The notes under the pieces: model-generated
What the model saw: only the letters and a program-made list of their open reading frames with translations
What the model was told of the DNA's origin: nothing
The model's database searches: none
Part shown: positions 8,123-17,175 of the stretch, one piece after another
Numbering within the stretch: position 1 is the stretch's first letter
Layout of the letters: the number at the start of each line of letters is the position of its first letter
Program-made: the position numbers and the translations under genes
Assembly: GCA_964386355.1 (NCBI GenBank)
Contig: CAYLQQ010000006.1
Coordinates: 2,088-66,087 of the forward strand
From: an uncultured Pseudomonadales bacterium
Lineage (GTDB): Bacteria; Patescibacteriota; Microgenomatia; UBA1400; UBA1449
DNA length: 64,000 nt
Direction: 5' to 3'

Positions 8123-10618
8123 ATGGGACAGGAAAAGGCAGGACTTAAGAAAAACCGCACAAGCAGTCACAACCCAGCACGGGTTGTTTTTATACGTGCT
8201 CGCTATCAGAAAGAATACTTCAGACTATTTACCATTTTAAAATGGGGATATGTACATTCATTTGCTACCTTAAAATTCCTGCATAATTTCTGGAAGTATA
8301 GTATCTATGATATTAGTAAAACTATAGATAGTATTATTGCCTTCAGTAAACTACCAATCATATTGGTACGGGGTTTCTTAACAGTAACAGGTAGATTATT
8401 GACTACAAGTAAACAAAAGTGGCAAGAGTTTGAGCAAAATGTAGAAAAAATCACGTACGTTATACTCAAACGAAGTTGGCTTTTCTGCCACCCAAGGTAC
8501 CGTCTTCAGAAACGACGGCCAATGGTAATAAAATTTAAATTACCGAAGATCCATTTCATTTTTCCCAGACTGGTTTTTACATCATTTATCTTGTTTATTC
8601 TAAGCAGCAGCGTTTTCTTTTACCTGTATATCCTCAAAAATCTTCCTAATCCACACGAGCTGATCACTAGACCTCAAGTGCTTACTACCAAAATATATGC
8701 CCGTGACGGTTCACTTCTGTACAAGATTTACCGGAATCAAAACAGAACACTAATAACTTTAGATCAACTGCCACCTCATCTGATTAATGCCACCATCGCT
8801 GCAGAGGATAAAAATTTTTGGAAACATCCCGGTTTTTCAGCTCAGGGAATCATTAGAGCATTCAAAACTAATATTAGCGATGACGCACTATCGCAAGGAG
8901 GTTCAACTATCACTCAGCAATTGGTAAAAAATGCCCTGTTATCTTCAGAAAAAACGTTTACCCGAAAACTTAAGGAGGTAATTTTAGCAATTGAAGTAGA
9001 ACTGATGTTTAATAAAAATGAGATTCTACAAATGTATCTCAATGAAATCCCCTACGGTGGTGTAGCATATGGAGTTGAAGAAGCAGCTCAGTCTTACTTT
9101 GGTAAGTCTGCCAAAGACCTTAATATTGCAGAGGCTGCTTTGTTATCTGGACTTCCAGTTGCCCCAACTAAATACTCTCCTTTTGGAGCCAATCCCAGTT
9201 GGGCAGTATACCGCCAACGCCAAGTCCTTAAAAGCATGCTTGATGCACAATATATTAGCTTACATGAATACAATGAAGCCTTAAAAGCAAAGATTATACT
9301 TAATCCTCCTAAGTACGATATCAAATCACCTCATTTTGTCATGTATGTCAAAGATATTTTGGTTGAAACCTATGGAACCCGCACAGTCGAAGAGGGTGGT
9401 CTTGAAGTCCTTACATCCCTCGATCCCTTGATCCAGCAAAATACCGAACAAGCAGTTATCACTGAACTGGATAATCTTAAAAATATGAATGTTACAAACG
9501 GCGCTGCTGTGGTTACCAATCCTAATACTGGTGAGATTCTAGCCATGGCTGGCTCTCGTGATTATTTTGATACCCAGCGCGACGGCAATGTCAATGTCAC
9601 TCTCATGCTCAGACAACCCGGCTCATCGATAAAACCTCTCACATATGCCTTAGCCTTACAGTCTGGAATGACTCCTTTAAGTATCATCGATGACACACCT
9701 GTTTCATATCCAGACGGTAATAGACCATATGTTCCTGTCAATTATGATGGTCGTTTTCATGGACGTGTGACGCTAAAGACAGCTCTTGGTTCTAGCTACA
9801 ATATCCCTGCTGTTAAACTCCTTAATAAACTAGGGGTAGATAGTCTATATAATTTTGGTAAAACAATGGGTATAACTACCTGGAAAGAACGCAACCGATT
9901 TGGGCTATCCCTCACTTTGGGAGGAGGGGAAGTTAAAATGATTGATATGGCAGTTGCGTATGGTGTTTTTGCTAACAATGGAGTACGCATGAATCTCAAT
10001 CCCATCCTGCAGGTACGTGATAGTAACGGTAAACTTCTGCAGCAATATGATTGCCCATCCACCAATATTTTGGCTATTGAACAACCGGTAGAGGCTGCGG
10101 GCAAAACTATGGTTAATTGCAGATCAGAGCGTGTCCTCAGTCCCCTGATTACCTACCAGATCAGTGATATGCTTTCAGATAATACTGCCCGTATCCCAGC
10201 TTTTGGTCCTAACTCACTACTTAATATTCCCAACCAGCAAATTCCGGTCAAAACTGGCACAACCAATGACAGGCGTGATAATTGGACTATCGGTTATACC
10301 CCTGATCGGGTAGTGGTGGTTTGGGTAGGCAATAATGATAACAGCCCCATGAGTGCAGTTACCTCAGGTATAACAGGAGCTACCCCTATATGGAGGACTA
10401 TCACTGATAGCTTAATACGGGATAAAGAACCTATTGTCCTAAAAGCTCCTGCAGGATTGAAGGCTGTCGAGGTATGTTCAGACAATGGCTACTTACCCTG
10501 CTCATCATGCCGAAACATCAAAACCGAGTACTTCATTCCGGGTACTGAGCCCAAGCAGCGCTGTCTGGATAAACCTCAGGAAGAACAGAATAATGTTGCT
10601 AATGTAGGATGGAATTGA
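8123..10618 (+). CDS. Second class A penicillin-binding protein (tandem paralog)
   Basis: EDKNFWKHPG, GGSTITQQLVK; SSIK, SYN, KTGT; the true start may be further downstream. Confidence 0.93.
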   Translation: MGQEKAGLKKNRTSSHNPARVVFIRARYQKEYFRLFTILKWGYVHSFATLKFLHNFWKYSIYDISKTIDSIIAFSKLPIILVRGFLTVTGRLLTTSKQKWQEFEQNVEKITYVILKRSWLFCHPRYRLQKRRPMVIKFKLPKIHFIFPRLVFTSFILFILSSSVFFYLYILKNLPNPHELITRPQVLTTKIYARDGSLLYKIYRNQNRTLITLDQLPPHLINATIAAEDKNFWKHPGFSAQGIIRAFKTNISDDALSQGGSTITQQLVKNALLSSEKTFTRKLKEVILAIEVELMFNKNEILQMYLNEIPYGGVAYGVEEAAQSYFGKSAKDLNIAEAALLSGLPVAPTKYSPFGANPSWAVYRQRQVLKSMLDAQYISLHEYNEALKAKIILNPPKYDIKSPHFVMYVKDILVETYGTRTVEEGGLEVLTSLDPLIQQNTEQAVITELDNLKNMNVTNGAAVVTNPNTGEILAMAGSRDYFDTQRDGNVNVTLMLRQPGSSIKPLTYALALQSGMTPLSIIDDTPVSYPDGNRPYVPVNYDGRFHGRVTLKTALGSSYNIPAVKLLNKLGVDSLYNFGKTMGITTWKERNRFGLSLTLGGGEVKMIDMAVAYGVFANNGVRMNLNPILQVRDSNGKLLQQYDCPSTNILAIEQPVEAAGKTMVNCRSERVLSPLITYQISDMLSDNTARIPAFGPNSLLNIPNQQIPVKTGTTNDRRDNWTIGYTPDRVVVVWVGNNDNSPMSAVTSGITGATPIWRTITDSLIRDKEPIVLKAPAGLKAVEVCSDNGYLPCSSCRNIKTEYFIPGTEPKQRCLDKPQEEQNNVANVGWN

Positions 10619-10755
10619 TCTATTTTATGATTTATATAACCTAGTCTTCAGTGCCAATATTGTTTAATAGAGTCTTCCAAATTTCAATTTCTTCAGAACT
10701 AAAAATATTATTTGGTGATTTTTTTCCAATTATAAATAATACGTAATACGAGATA

Positions 10756-11505
10756 CTATTTGCTTTTCCCCTGGTTCTTCACCTCATCTATTGCAGCCTT
10801 CAACTCTTCATCTGAACCTAAGAAGTGGGAACTAATGGCTTTTATCTCATCATCTAACTCATAGACCAACGGAAATCCGGTAGGTATAGTAAAATCTGTG
10901 ATGACTTCTTCGGTAATTGATGCATCCATTATTTTAACCAAAGCCCGCAGACTGTTACCTGAAGCTGATACTAAAACCTTTTTGCCCGCTTTGATTGATG
11001 GAACTATTTCATTCTGCCAGTAAGGCAAAACCCTTTCGATAGTGACTTTTAGACTCTCACCTTTTGGAAGCTGTTCGGGTAAAAGATCTTGGTAACGCGG
11101 ATCATTTCCCGGATAATACTTGCTGGTTTCTTCAACAAATGGAGGTAACGTGTCAAAGCTTCGGCGCCATATATGAACCTGTTCCTCACCATACTTAGCT
11201 GCCATTTCAGTTTTATTAAGTCCTTGCAATGCTCCATAATGTCGCTCGTTAAGCTGCCAGGCTGGGTACACAGGGATATACATCAGATCCATTTCTTCCA
11301 GAACCAACCAGGATGTTTTGATCGCTCGCTTGAGGTAGTTAGTATACACACAATCAAATGTAAAACCATTTTCTTTCAGTCTTTGTCCTGACCGTCTCGC
11401 TTCACTCAACCCTCTTTCGGTTAAAGGCACATCGGTCCAACCGGTAAAACGGTTTTCCAGATTCCATTGTGACTGGCCGTGACGAAGAAGAACTAATTTG
11501 AACAC
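10756..11505 (-). CDS. gpmA: 2,3-bisphosphoglycerate-dependent phosphoglycerate mutase
   Basis: [36 protein letters not shown]. Confidence 0.95.
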   Translation of the reverse strand: MFKLVLLRHGQSQWNLENRFTGWTDVPLTERGLSEARRSGQRLKENGFTFDCVYTNYLKRAIKTSWLVLEEMDLMYIPVYPAWQLNERHYGALQGLNKTEMAAKYGEEQVHIWRRSFDTLPPFVEETSKYYPGNDPRYQDLLPEQLPKGESLKVTIERVLPYWQNEIVPSIKAGKKVLVSASGNSLRALVKIMDASITEEVITDFTIPTGFPLVYELDDEIKAISSHFLGSDEELKAAIDEVKNQGKSK

Positions 11506-11507
11506 AT

Positions 11508-11610
11508 AAATTCAAATGACAAATGACAATTCAAATTTAAAATCTATAAGATGAATTTTATATTTTGTAATTGATTTGATATTTGTTATTTGATGTTTGA
11601 TATTATTTAA
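11508..11610. repeat. Degenerate 7-nt-period repeat with two opposing arms
   Basis: CAAATGA CAAATGA CAATTCA arm, then TTTGATA TTTGTTA TTTGATG TTTGATA arm, between gap and gpmA. Confidence 0.6.
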
Positions 11611-11615
11611 AATTT

Positions 11616-12611
11616 TTATAATAACTGTTCTACTAGCCTTGCAGTATATCCCCACTCGTTATCATACCAGGCGTAGACCTTAACCAGATCTCCACCGATA
11701 ACTTGAGTAAGGGATAAATCAACCAAAGATGATGCCTCACAGCCAATCACATCTGACGAAACAATCGGTTTTTTAGTTACCCATAAGTATTTGCCAAATT
11801 GCTCATCACTGGCAGCTTCCTCCAATGCCTGATTAACTTCTTCGACTGTCGTAGCCCGGGAAGTAATAAAGGTAAAATCAGTCAGTGATGCTGTGAGCAC
11901 CGGCACTCGGACTGCAATCCCATCAAACAAACCCTTGAGTTGAGGGATAACTTCGGTAGTTGCTTTGGCTGCTCCAGTTGAGGTTGGTACGATATTGTAA
12001 GCTGCCGCCCGAGCTCTCCTGAGATCTCTGTGTGAACCATCATGCAAATTCTGATCAGAAGTGTAGGCATGGATAGTGGTCATAGCTGCTTTAGTGATAC
12101 CAAACTTATCCAATATTACCTTAGTCACCGGACTAACACAGTTGGTAGTGCACGAAGCATTTGATAGGAGCTGTTTACCTTCCCGCTCACTATCATTAAT
12201 ACCCATAACTACTGTGGTTACACCAGGACCTTTGGCAGGTGCGGATAGTACAACTTGCTTGACTGTTCCGCGCAGGTGTTTGCTCATCTCTTCAGCTTTT
12301 TCAAAAGCTCCGGTTGACTCAATAACTGCTTCAACTCCGTACTGTTCCCAGGGGATATTTTCAGGCTCGCGAATCCCGGTGACTTTGATCCGTTTGCCAT
12401 CCACAACCATATCCTCACCTTCAGACCCGACCGCTCCAGCAAAGCGGTGATAGGCAGTATCAAACTCAAACAGGTGTGCCCAACCGGCTGCATCCATTTT
12501 GCCTGATGTATTGATGATTGGAACTTCAAGCTGATCAGGGTACTTCTCCAATATCATTCTCAGGGCTAATCTTCCGATACGGCCAAAGCCGTTAATACCG
12601 ATTTTTTTCAT
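11616..12611 (-). CDS. gap: Type I glyceraldehyde-3-phosphate dehydrogenase
   Basis: GINGFGRIGR, SNASCTTNC, WYDNEWGY. Confidence 0.97.
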   Translation of the reverse strand: MKKIGINGFGRIGRLALRMILEKYPDQLEVPIINTSGKMDAAGWAHLFEFDTAYHRFAGAVGSEGEDMVVDGKRIKVTGIREPENIPWEQYGVEAVIESTGAFEKAEEMSKHLRGTVKQVVLSAPAKGPGVTTVVMGINDSEREGKQLLSNASCTTNCVSPVTKVILDKFGITKAAMTTIHAYTSDQNLHDGSHRDLRRARAAAYNIVPTSTGAAKATTEVIPQLKGLFDGIAVRVPVLTASLTDFTFITSRATTVEEVNQALEEAASDEQFGKYLWVTKKPIVSSDVIGCEASSLVDLSLTQVIGGDLVKVYAWYDNEWGYTARLVEQLL

Positions 12612-12619
12612 AATAGTAA

Positions 12620-12689
12620 TGTCATCCTGGGGTAAACGAAGAAAACGATAAACCTATATAATAACTCTTCGTTACGTACCATTATGACA
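12620..12689. repeat. REP-like palindromic element (TGTCAT...ATGACA)
   Basis: TGTCATCCTGGGGTAAACGAAG ... CTTCGTTACGTACCATTATGACA. Confidence 0.5.
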
Positions 12690-12777
12690 GGGTAGAAATA
12701 ACAACAATACAAAAATACCAGTTTTTTACTAGTGAATTAATAGTAGCAGAGTTATCGATAAATCAGAAGAATTGAAT

Positions 12778-13086
12778 TTATTTCTTAATCCAAACCAGCC
12801 ATTTGTCCCTAATTGCACTATCTAAATCAACATTGCTGTGTTTTGCCAATAAGAGAGTTTGGCAAAGTACATCAGCAAGCTCCGATGCAAACATTTTTGA
12901 CACTTCATCTTCAGTCATCCCTTTTTGCCTTGCACGCTTACTATACATAAGATAACTTTGGGTTAACTCACCAATTTCTTCCTGAATTTTGAACATAAAC
13001 CAGTCCATTGTTCTGTCTATTTTGAATTTACTGGTATAAAGGGAAGAAACTTGTTCTATCTGGTCTGTCAATTTTTGGATATCCAT
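12778..13086 (-). CDS. MazG-like nucleotide pyrophosphohydrolase
   Basis: KIQEEIGEL...SELADVL all-alpha NTP-PPase motif. Confidence 0.8.
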   Translation of the reverse strand: MDIQKLTDQIEQVSSLYTSKFKIDRTMDWFMFKIQEEIGELTQSYLMYSKRARQKGMTEDEVSKMFASELADVLCQTLLLAKHSNVDLDSAIRDKWLVWIKK

Positions 13087-13090
13087 ACCG

Positions 13091-13522
13091 TTAATCTTCA
13101 ATTTTGTGCAATCTTTTTACGTATTTATCATCCTGACTATAGTCTGTATTTAAAAATGATTTTACCAGTTGGAAGCACTTAAACTTGCTCGTGTGATCGG
13201 AAGCAATGGCTAAAACATTGACATGGTCATGAATGGTAAAAGATTCAACCTGACTGTGATCAAAGCCGATGGCACTTCTAATTCCCCTTATCTTATTAGA
13301 GGCAATACTGACGCCTGCACCAGATCCACACAAAATTACCCCTCTATTCTCAGGTGATTCCAATACTTTTTCACATAAAATTTTTGCATAATCAGGATAA
13401 TCATCATCGGATTTATATTCGTATGCACCAAGATCTTTAAATTCGATCTTATTAGAAATCAACCAGGCTTTGAGCTGGTTTTTTAGTTTCATCCCTCGGT
13501 GATCAGCAGCTAAGTAAAGCAA
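13091..13522 (-). CDS. rpiB: Ribose-5-phosphate isomerase B family
   Basis: YLAADHRG, DDYPDYA, CGSGAGVSIASNK; TTG start chosen just after the heptamer repeat. Confidence 0.9.
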   Translation of the reverse strand: MLYLAADHRGMKLKNQLKAWLISNKIEFKDLGAYEYKSDDDYPDYAKILCEKVLESPENRGVILCGSGAGVSIASNKIRGIRSAIGFDHSQVESFTIHDHVNVLAIASDHTSKFKCFQLVKSFLNTDYSQDDKYVKRLHKIED

Positions 13523-13600
13523 AGAGTAAGAAGTAAGAAACAAAAAGTAAGAACAAAGTAATTTCTACTTCATTCTTAAATTATTTTCTTAATTCTATTA
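13523..13600. repeat. Degenerate 7-nt-period repeat
   Basis: AGTAAGA AGTAAGA AACAAAA AGTAAGA ACAAAGT arm, followed by a TTCTTAA-like opposing arm. Confidence 0.6.
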
Positions 13601-13602
13601 AA

Positions 13603-14247
13603 CTATTGTGTATGAATAACCGGCACATTCTCCATGGTACTCAAATGCAATTTTTCAGTATCTACTTTTAACAACTCACTTTTTTGCTCTCCAACATACA
13701 GTTCCTGATTAAACTCTTCTACTGCCCGAACCACATCTTCAGGTGAAGAGGCAAACTTAAATACATAGTACTCCTGCTCCCGAAGCAACATGTTGTCAGC
13801 AATTGCTTTGATGATTTTGTGCCAGAAATCACCGTAGAGAATAAATGGTCGGTGGTTGCCAAAATACAAACGCGCCAAACACCATGCTGTTCCCAACTCT
13901 GATAATGTCCCAGTACCGCCATTTGTTATGACGTAACAGTCTGCATTCTCCATAAGCGTAAACATACGAGCGATGTAGTTATCCGTAATAATCAGCTTAT
14001 CAGTTTCATTTTTAATGTATTTTCCCTCAAAACCGGGAGCATCTTTGGGATTAAACGTGACTGCAAGGGTCTGACCTCCACCCGCTTCGGCTCCTTGAGT
14101 TGCTGCAAGCATTACCCCAGGACCTCCACCATTTACAATTGTGTGCCCTTTTTGGGCAAGAAGCTTAGAAAACTCAAATACATCTTTATACAGTTGGGTT
14201 TCCGCGCTCACTTCAGCTCCCCCAAAAACAGCAATATTATTGATCAT
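13603..14247 (-). CDS. LOG family (Rossmann-fold) nucleotide phosphoribohydrolase
   Basis: IAVFGG, NGGGPGVM, GGTGTLSEL. Confidence 0.85.
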   Translation of the reverse strand: MINNIAVFGGAEVSAETQLYKDVFEFSKLLAQKGHTIVNGGGPGVMLAATQGAEAGGGQTLAVTFNPKDAPGFEGKYIKNETDKLIITDNYIARMFTLMENADCYVITNGGTGTLSELGTAWCLARLYFGNHRPFILYGDFWHKIIKAIADNMLLREQEYYVFKFASSPEDVVRAVEEFNQELYVGEQKSELLKVDTEKLHLSTMENVPVIHTQ

Positions 14248-14299
14248 AGAATTCAATAAAAATTATTAATCAGCCTCAAACTATAAGCTCTAGTGTAAC

Positions 14300-14332
14300 A
14301 AAAAAAGAGGACTGGTAAAGCCCAGTCCTCTT
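14300..14332 (-). terminator. Intrinsic terminator for 14386..14934
   Basis: AAGAGGACTGG/CCAGTCCTCTT stem with U-tract on the minus strand. Confidence 0.8.
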
Positions 14333-14385
14333 AAATAACAGTTGCAATAGTAATTATTGCTCTCTTAGCAAAACTTCACCAATTT

Positions 14386-14934
14386 TTATTGTTTTAACAA
14401 AATTTCTCCCGGCTCTTTCTGACCTTCAGCTTGTTTACTGATCACTACCTTAGTTCCCGACTTGTCTTCTTTTGCCTGATAGTACAGTTGTCCTGATGTC
14501 AGAGTAGTCATTTCCACACGCCCAATCGAACCAAGGCTTCCATCCTGCTTCTGCAGCCATGCTTCATAATAAAAACCTTTTTGTAAAGCAGGTAAGTTAC
14601 TGAGTGTGATTTTTTGGTAGTAGGTACCTTCACTGACAACCGCTTTTGAACTACCGCTCCCAGTGCCACCCTGACCTGCTTCCGGTTTTAGTTCGACCGA
14701 TTCGACATCTTTAGTTTTTTCATCTACCAGGTTTTTGGCAGCTTCCATATCAGCCTCAGAAAGCTCCTGAACCGTATCGCCAATCTTCTTGATAACAGTT
14801 CCGTCTTCCTGGGTAATAATCTCTTCTACTGGCGGGACTTGCTCCCCAGTCCCTGGCTGGTTCTGGTTACGATTCCACAGGTAAGCGCCAATAAGTACGA
14901 CAGCAATCGCTGAAATAATCATCCATTGTTTCAT
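14386..14934 (-). CDS. Membrane-anchored protein with RskA-like (anti-sigma K) C-terminal domain
   Basis: N-terminal TM helix; NLPALQKGFYYEAWL...SIG...VVISKQ...PGEILL; GGAGG Shine-Dalgarno. Confidence 0.55.
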   Translation of the reverse strand: MKQWMIISAIAVVLIGAYLWNRNQNQPGTGEQVPPVEEIITQEDGTVIKKIGDTVQELSEADMEAAKNLVDEKTKDVESVELKPEAGQGGTGSGSSKAVVSEGTYYQKITLSNLPALQKGFYYEAWLQKQDGSLGSIGRVEMTTLTSGQLYYQAKEDKSGTKVVISKQAEGQKEPGEILLKQ

Positions 14935-15152
14935 AGTATGTCCCCTCCAGAGACGAAATTACATAAATAAATATTATGGGCATAACTAAAGCTTACCCAT
15001 AATATATCTGTAAGTGACCAAGACGTCAATAGTGGGGAAATCGTTTTTCGTTCTCTCTAGTAATTGCTATAATATTCTTATAGCTTCCTTAACTCTAATG
15101 AAATATTGAATTGTAAAAGGATTACACGTTACTTGTGTAATTAATGTCGTAT

Positions 15153-15542
15153 ATGAAAAAAATTATAACCTTTTTTTTAGGTTCCTTATTCTTAGCAGCT
15201 TGTGCGGTTGACTCACCAATCTCTGTAACTCAGTCTACCTTTAAACTCATTCAGGATAAAAATTATGAGGCTGCATGCCAAACGATGGTTAATACCAGTT
15301 CTCAAGCGTTGGATGAGAATCAACTGAAATCATGCACTGAGTATTTTGCTAAAGATTATGCTAACATGGTCAGTTTTGCTGTAGAAAATGCTCTCCCTTT
15401 ACCTGAAGAAAGATTGAAAAAGTTCGGTGTCGAGCAGGGGTTTGAAGTCTACTATACAGTCAATCTCGACCCGCAAGTACGAAATGAAAAAGTTTCTGTG
15501 ATAAAAGTGAATGGAAAACATGCGGTAGTGTGGGAGAGGTAG
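15153..15542 (+). CDS. Lipoprotein, NTF2/DUF4878-like
   Basis: MKKII...LAAC lipobox; C-terminal VIKVNGKH. Confidence 0.6.
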   Translation: MKKIITFFLGSLFLAACAVDSPISVTQSTFKLIQDKNYEAACQTMVNTSSQALDENQLKSCTEYFAKDYANMVSFAVENALPLPEERLKKFGVEQGFEVYYTVNLDPQVRNEKVSVIKVNGKHAVVWER

Positions 15543-15605
15543 TTTGGTGGTGCGTATTATCAGATAAATAAGATTAATAATCTCATGCAATTAAACAACT
15601 AATAA

Positions 15606-17102
15606 TTATGTGATTATTCTATGTAATTGAGCTGAATTTGAGAGGGGATTTCCTTCAATAACAGTATGTTTGATATCAATTAATAAATCCTTCATAAGAT
15701 TAGCCATAGTATTGTATGCCGGAGACGCCACAGAATGAGGAATTTCTCCAACAATCATATAGCTTCTCTCTCCTGAAAATAATGATTTTCTTTTCGACCA
15801 ACTCATTCTGTCCAATGCTCTATTTGCAGGAAATACGGGATCTCTTTCAGTAAATACATTGAATACTGGGATGTTAAGACCTCCCAACTGTTTTCTAAAG
15901 TGATCAGGCATAGCGTGCATGATGTCACCACCAGATATAAGTACTACCATCAAACGTTTACTAAAATTTATCATAGAGCCGTCTCTGGTTTCTTCTCCTT
16001 TCATCATAGCTTTAATTGTTGGTATCAAGAGTTTTTTACGTCGTTTATATGCCCTGTTTACTTCCTGAGTCTTTTCCGGTGATGCACTTAATGGGTAGGC
16101 TTTTACTATAGTACGATCTATATTGAGTAACTCAGATATCATAGCTTTACTAATTTCTGACTCTGGTATTTGTTCAATTCGCTCAATAAGTTCAGTTTTT
16201 CTAGATTCTAATTTCCTTAATTTTGCTTCCAAATCCTCTTTTTGTATTCTTTTATCTAATCTTTGATCAGGGTGTTCCATTGCATATTTAGTGCGTTCAA
16301 TTTCTTCTTCAACCAACGCAAGGAAAATAGTTGGACAATATGAAGATCCATTCATACTTTCAAGAACTTTCTCTTTATAAAGTTTAAGAACTACGTCATT
16401 TTTTTCATTTGCATTATCAATGTCTCTGAGTATCCTTAGATAGTCTTCTAATGAGGGAAACGTTTGAGAAATAACCCCTTCATTTGATATCATACGCAGA
16501 GTGGCTCTGCCAAATTCTTTTAAATCTTGATCAAATATTGCCCCAGCTTGCATGAATATTACTCCCTGTATTTGACAATTTCCACCTTCAGCCAAAAGCT
16601 TGTTCAATATGGGAATTATATACGGCGCTTCCATTGCCGATGCAGAACGAAAGCATAACGTTATATCATTTCGCGTATTAGGTAGTTGTTGTAAGGCTTG
16701 ATATAAATCTGCAGCTTGTGCGATTGCCCTATCAAGATGAGATCCAGTTACCATCCCTCTAGCATGAGGGTTAAATGAAGAGTCTATCATGATTGAATTA
16801 ACATTTTCTCCTTCAAATTCTGGATCAGCATTGGCTGCATCAGTAGTTTTTCTCGCAATTTCAATCTGAGATCTGACAGAACCACCAGCTCCTGCAAATG
16901 TAATCAATGTTCTTTGACTGGATGAATTTCTTTTTCTTCCTTCAATTAAAGCAATTTCATATTCAGGGGGATCTTCTAATAGTTTTTGTCCAATGGGACC
17001 ATCAGGAAATAACTCTCTACCAAAGCTGTATGTTAATTTAAGTGTATTTCTGTGGGCTTCTTTAGGAATAATTTCGGGGGGAATGTATCCATTTTCGTTC
17101 AT
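15606..17102 (-). CDS. Hypothetical protein, possible alpha/beta-hydrolase fold with a helical insertion
   Basis: LITFAGAGG, TLCFRSASA, IPVFNVFTERDPVFP, IPHS; long charged helical middle. Confidence 0.45.
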   Translation of the reverse strand: MNENGYIPPEIIPKEAHRNTLKLTYSFGRELFPDGPIGQKLLEDPPEYEIALIEGRKRNSSSQRTLITFAGAGGSVRSQIEIARKTTDAANADPEFEGENVNSIMIDSSFNPHARGMVTGSHLDRAIAQAADLYQALQQLPNTRNDITLCFRSASAMEAPYIIPILNKLLAEGGNCQIQGVIFMQAGAIFDQDLKEFGRATLRMISNEGVISQTFPSLEDYLRILRDIDNANEKNDVVLKLYKEKVLESMNGSSYCPTIFLALVEEEIERTKYAMEHPDQRLDKRIQKEDLEAKLRKLESRKTELIERIEQIPESEISKAMISELLNIDRTIVKAYPLSASPEKTQEVNRAYKRRKKLLIPTIKAMMKGEETRDGSMINFSKRLMVVLISGGDIMHAMPDHFRKQLGGLNIPVFNVFTERDPVFPANRALDRMSWSKRKSLFSGERSYMIVGEIPHSVASPAYNTMANLMKDLLIDIKHTVIEGNPLSNSAQLHRIIT

Positions 17103-17175
17103 ATTTAGAAAAGATTTTACTACAATTTCATAATTAACATACAAAGTGTGACTAATCGAGAGCTACATTAGAATA

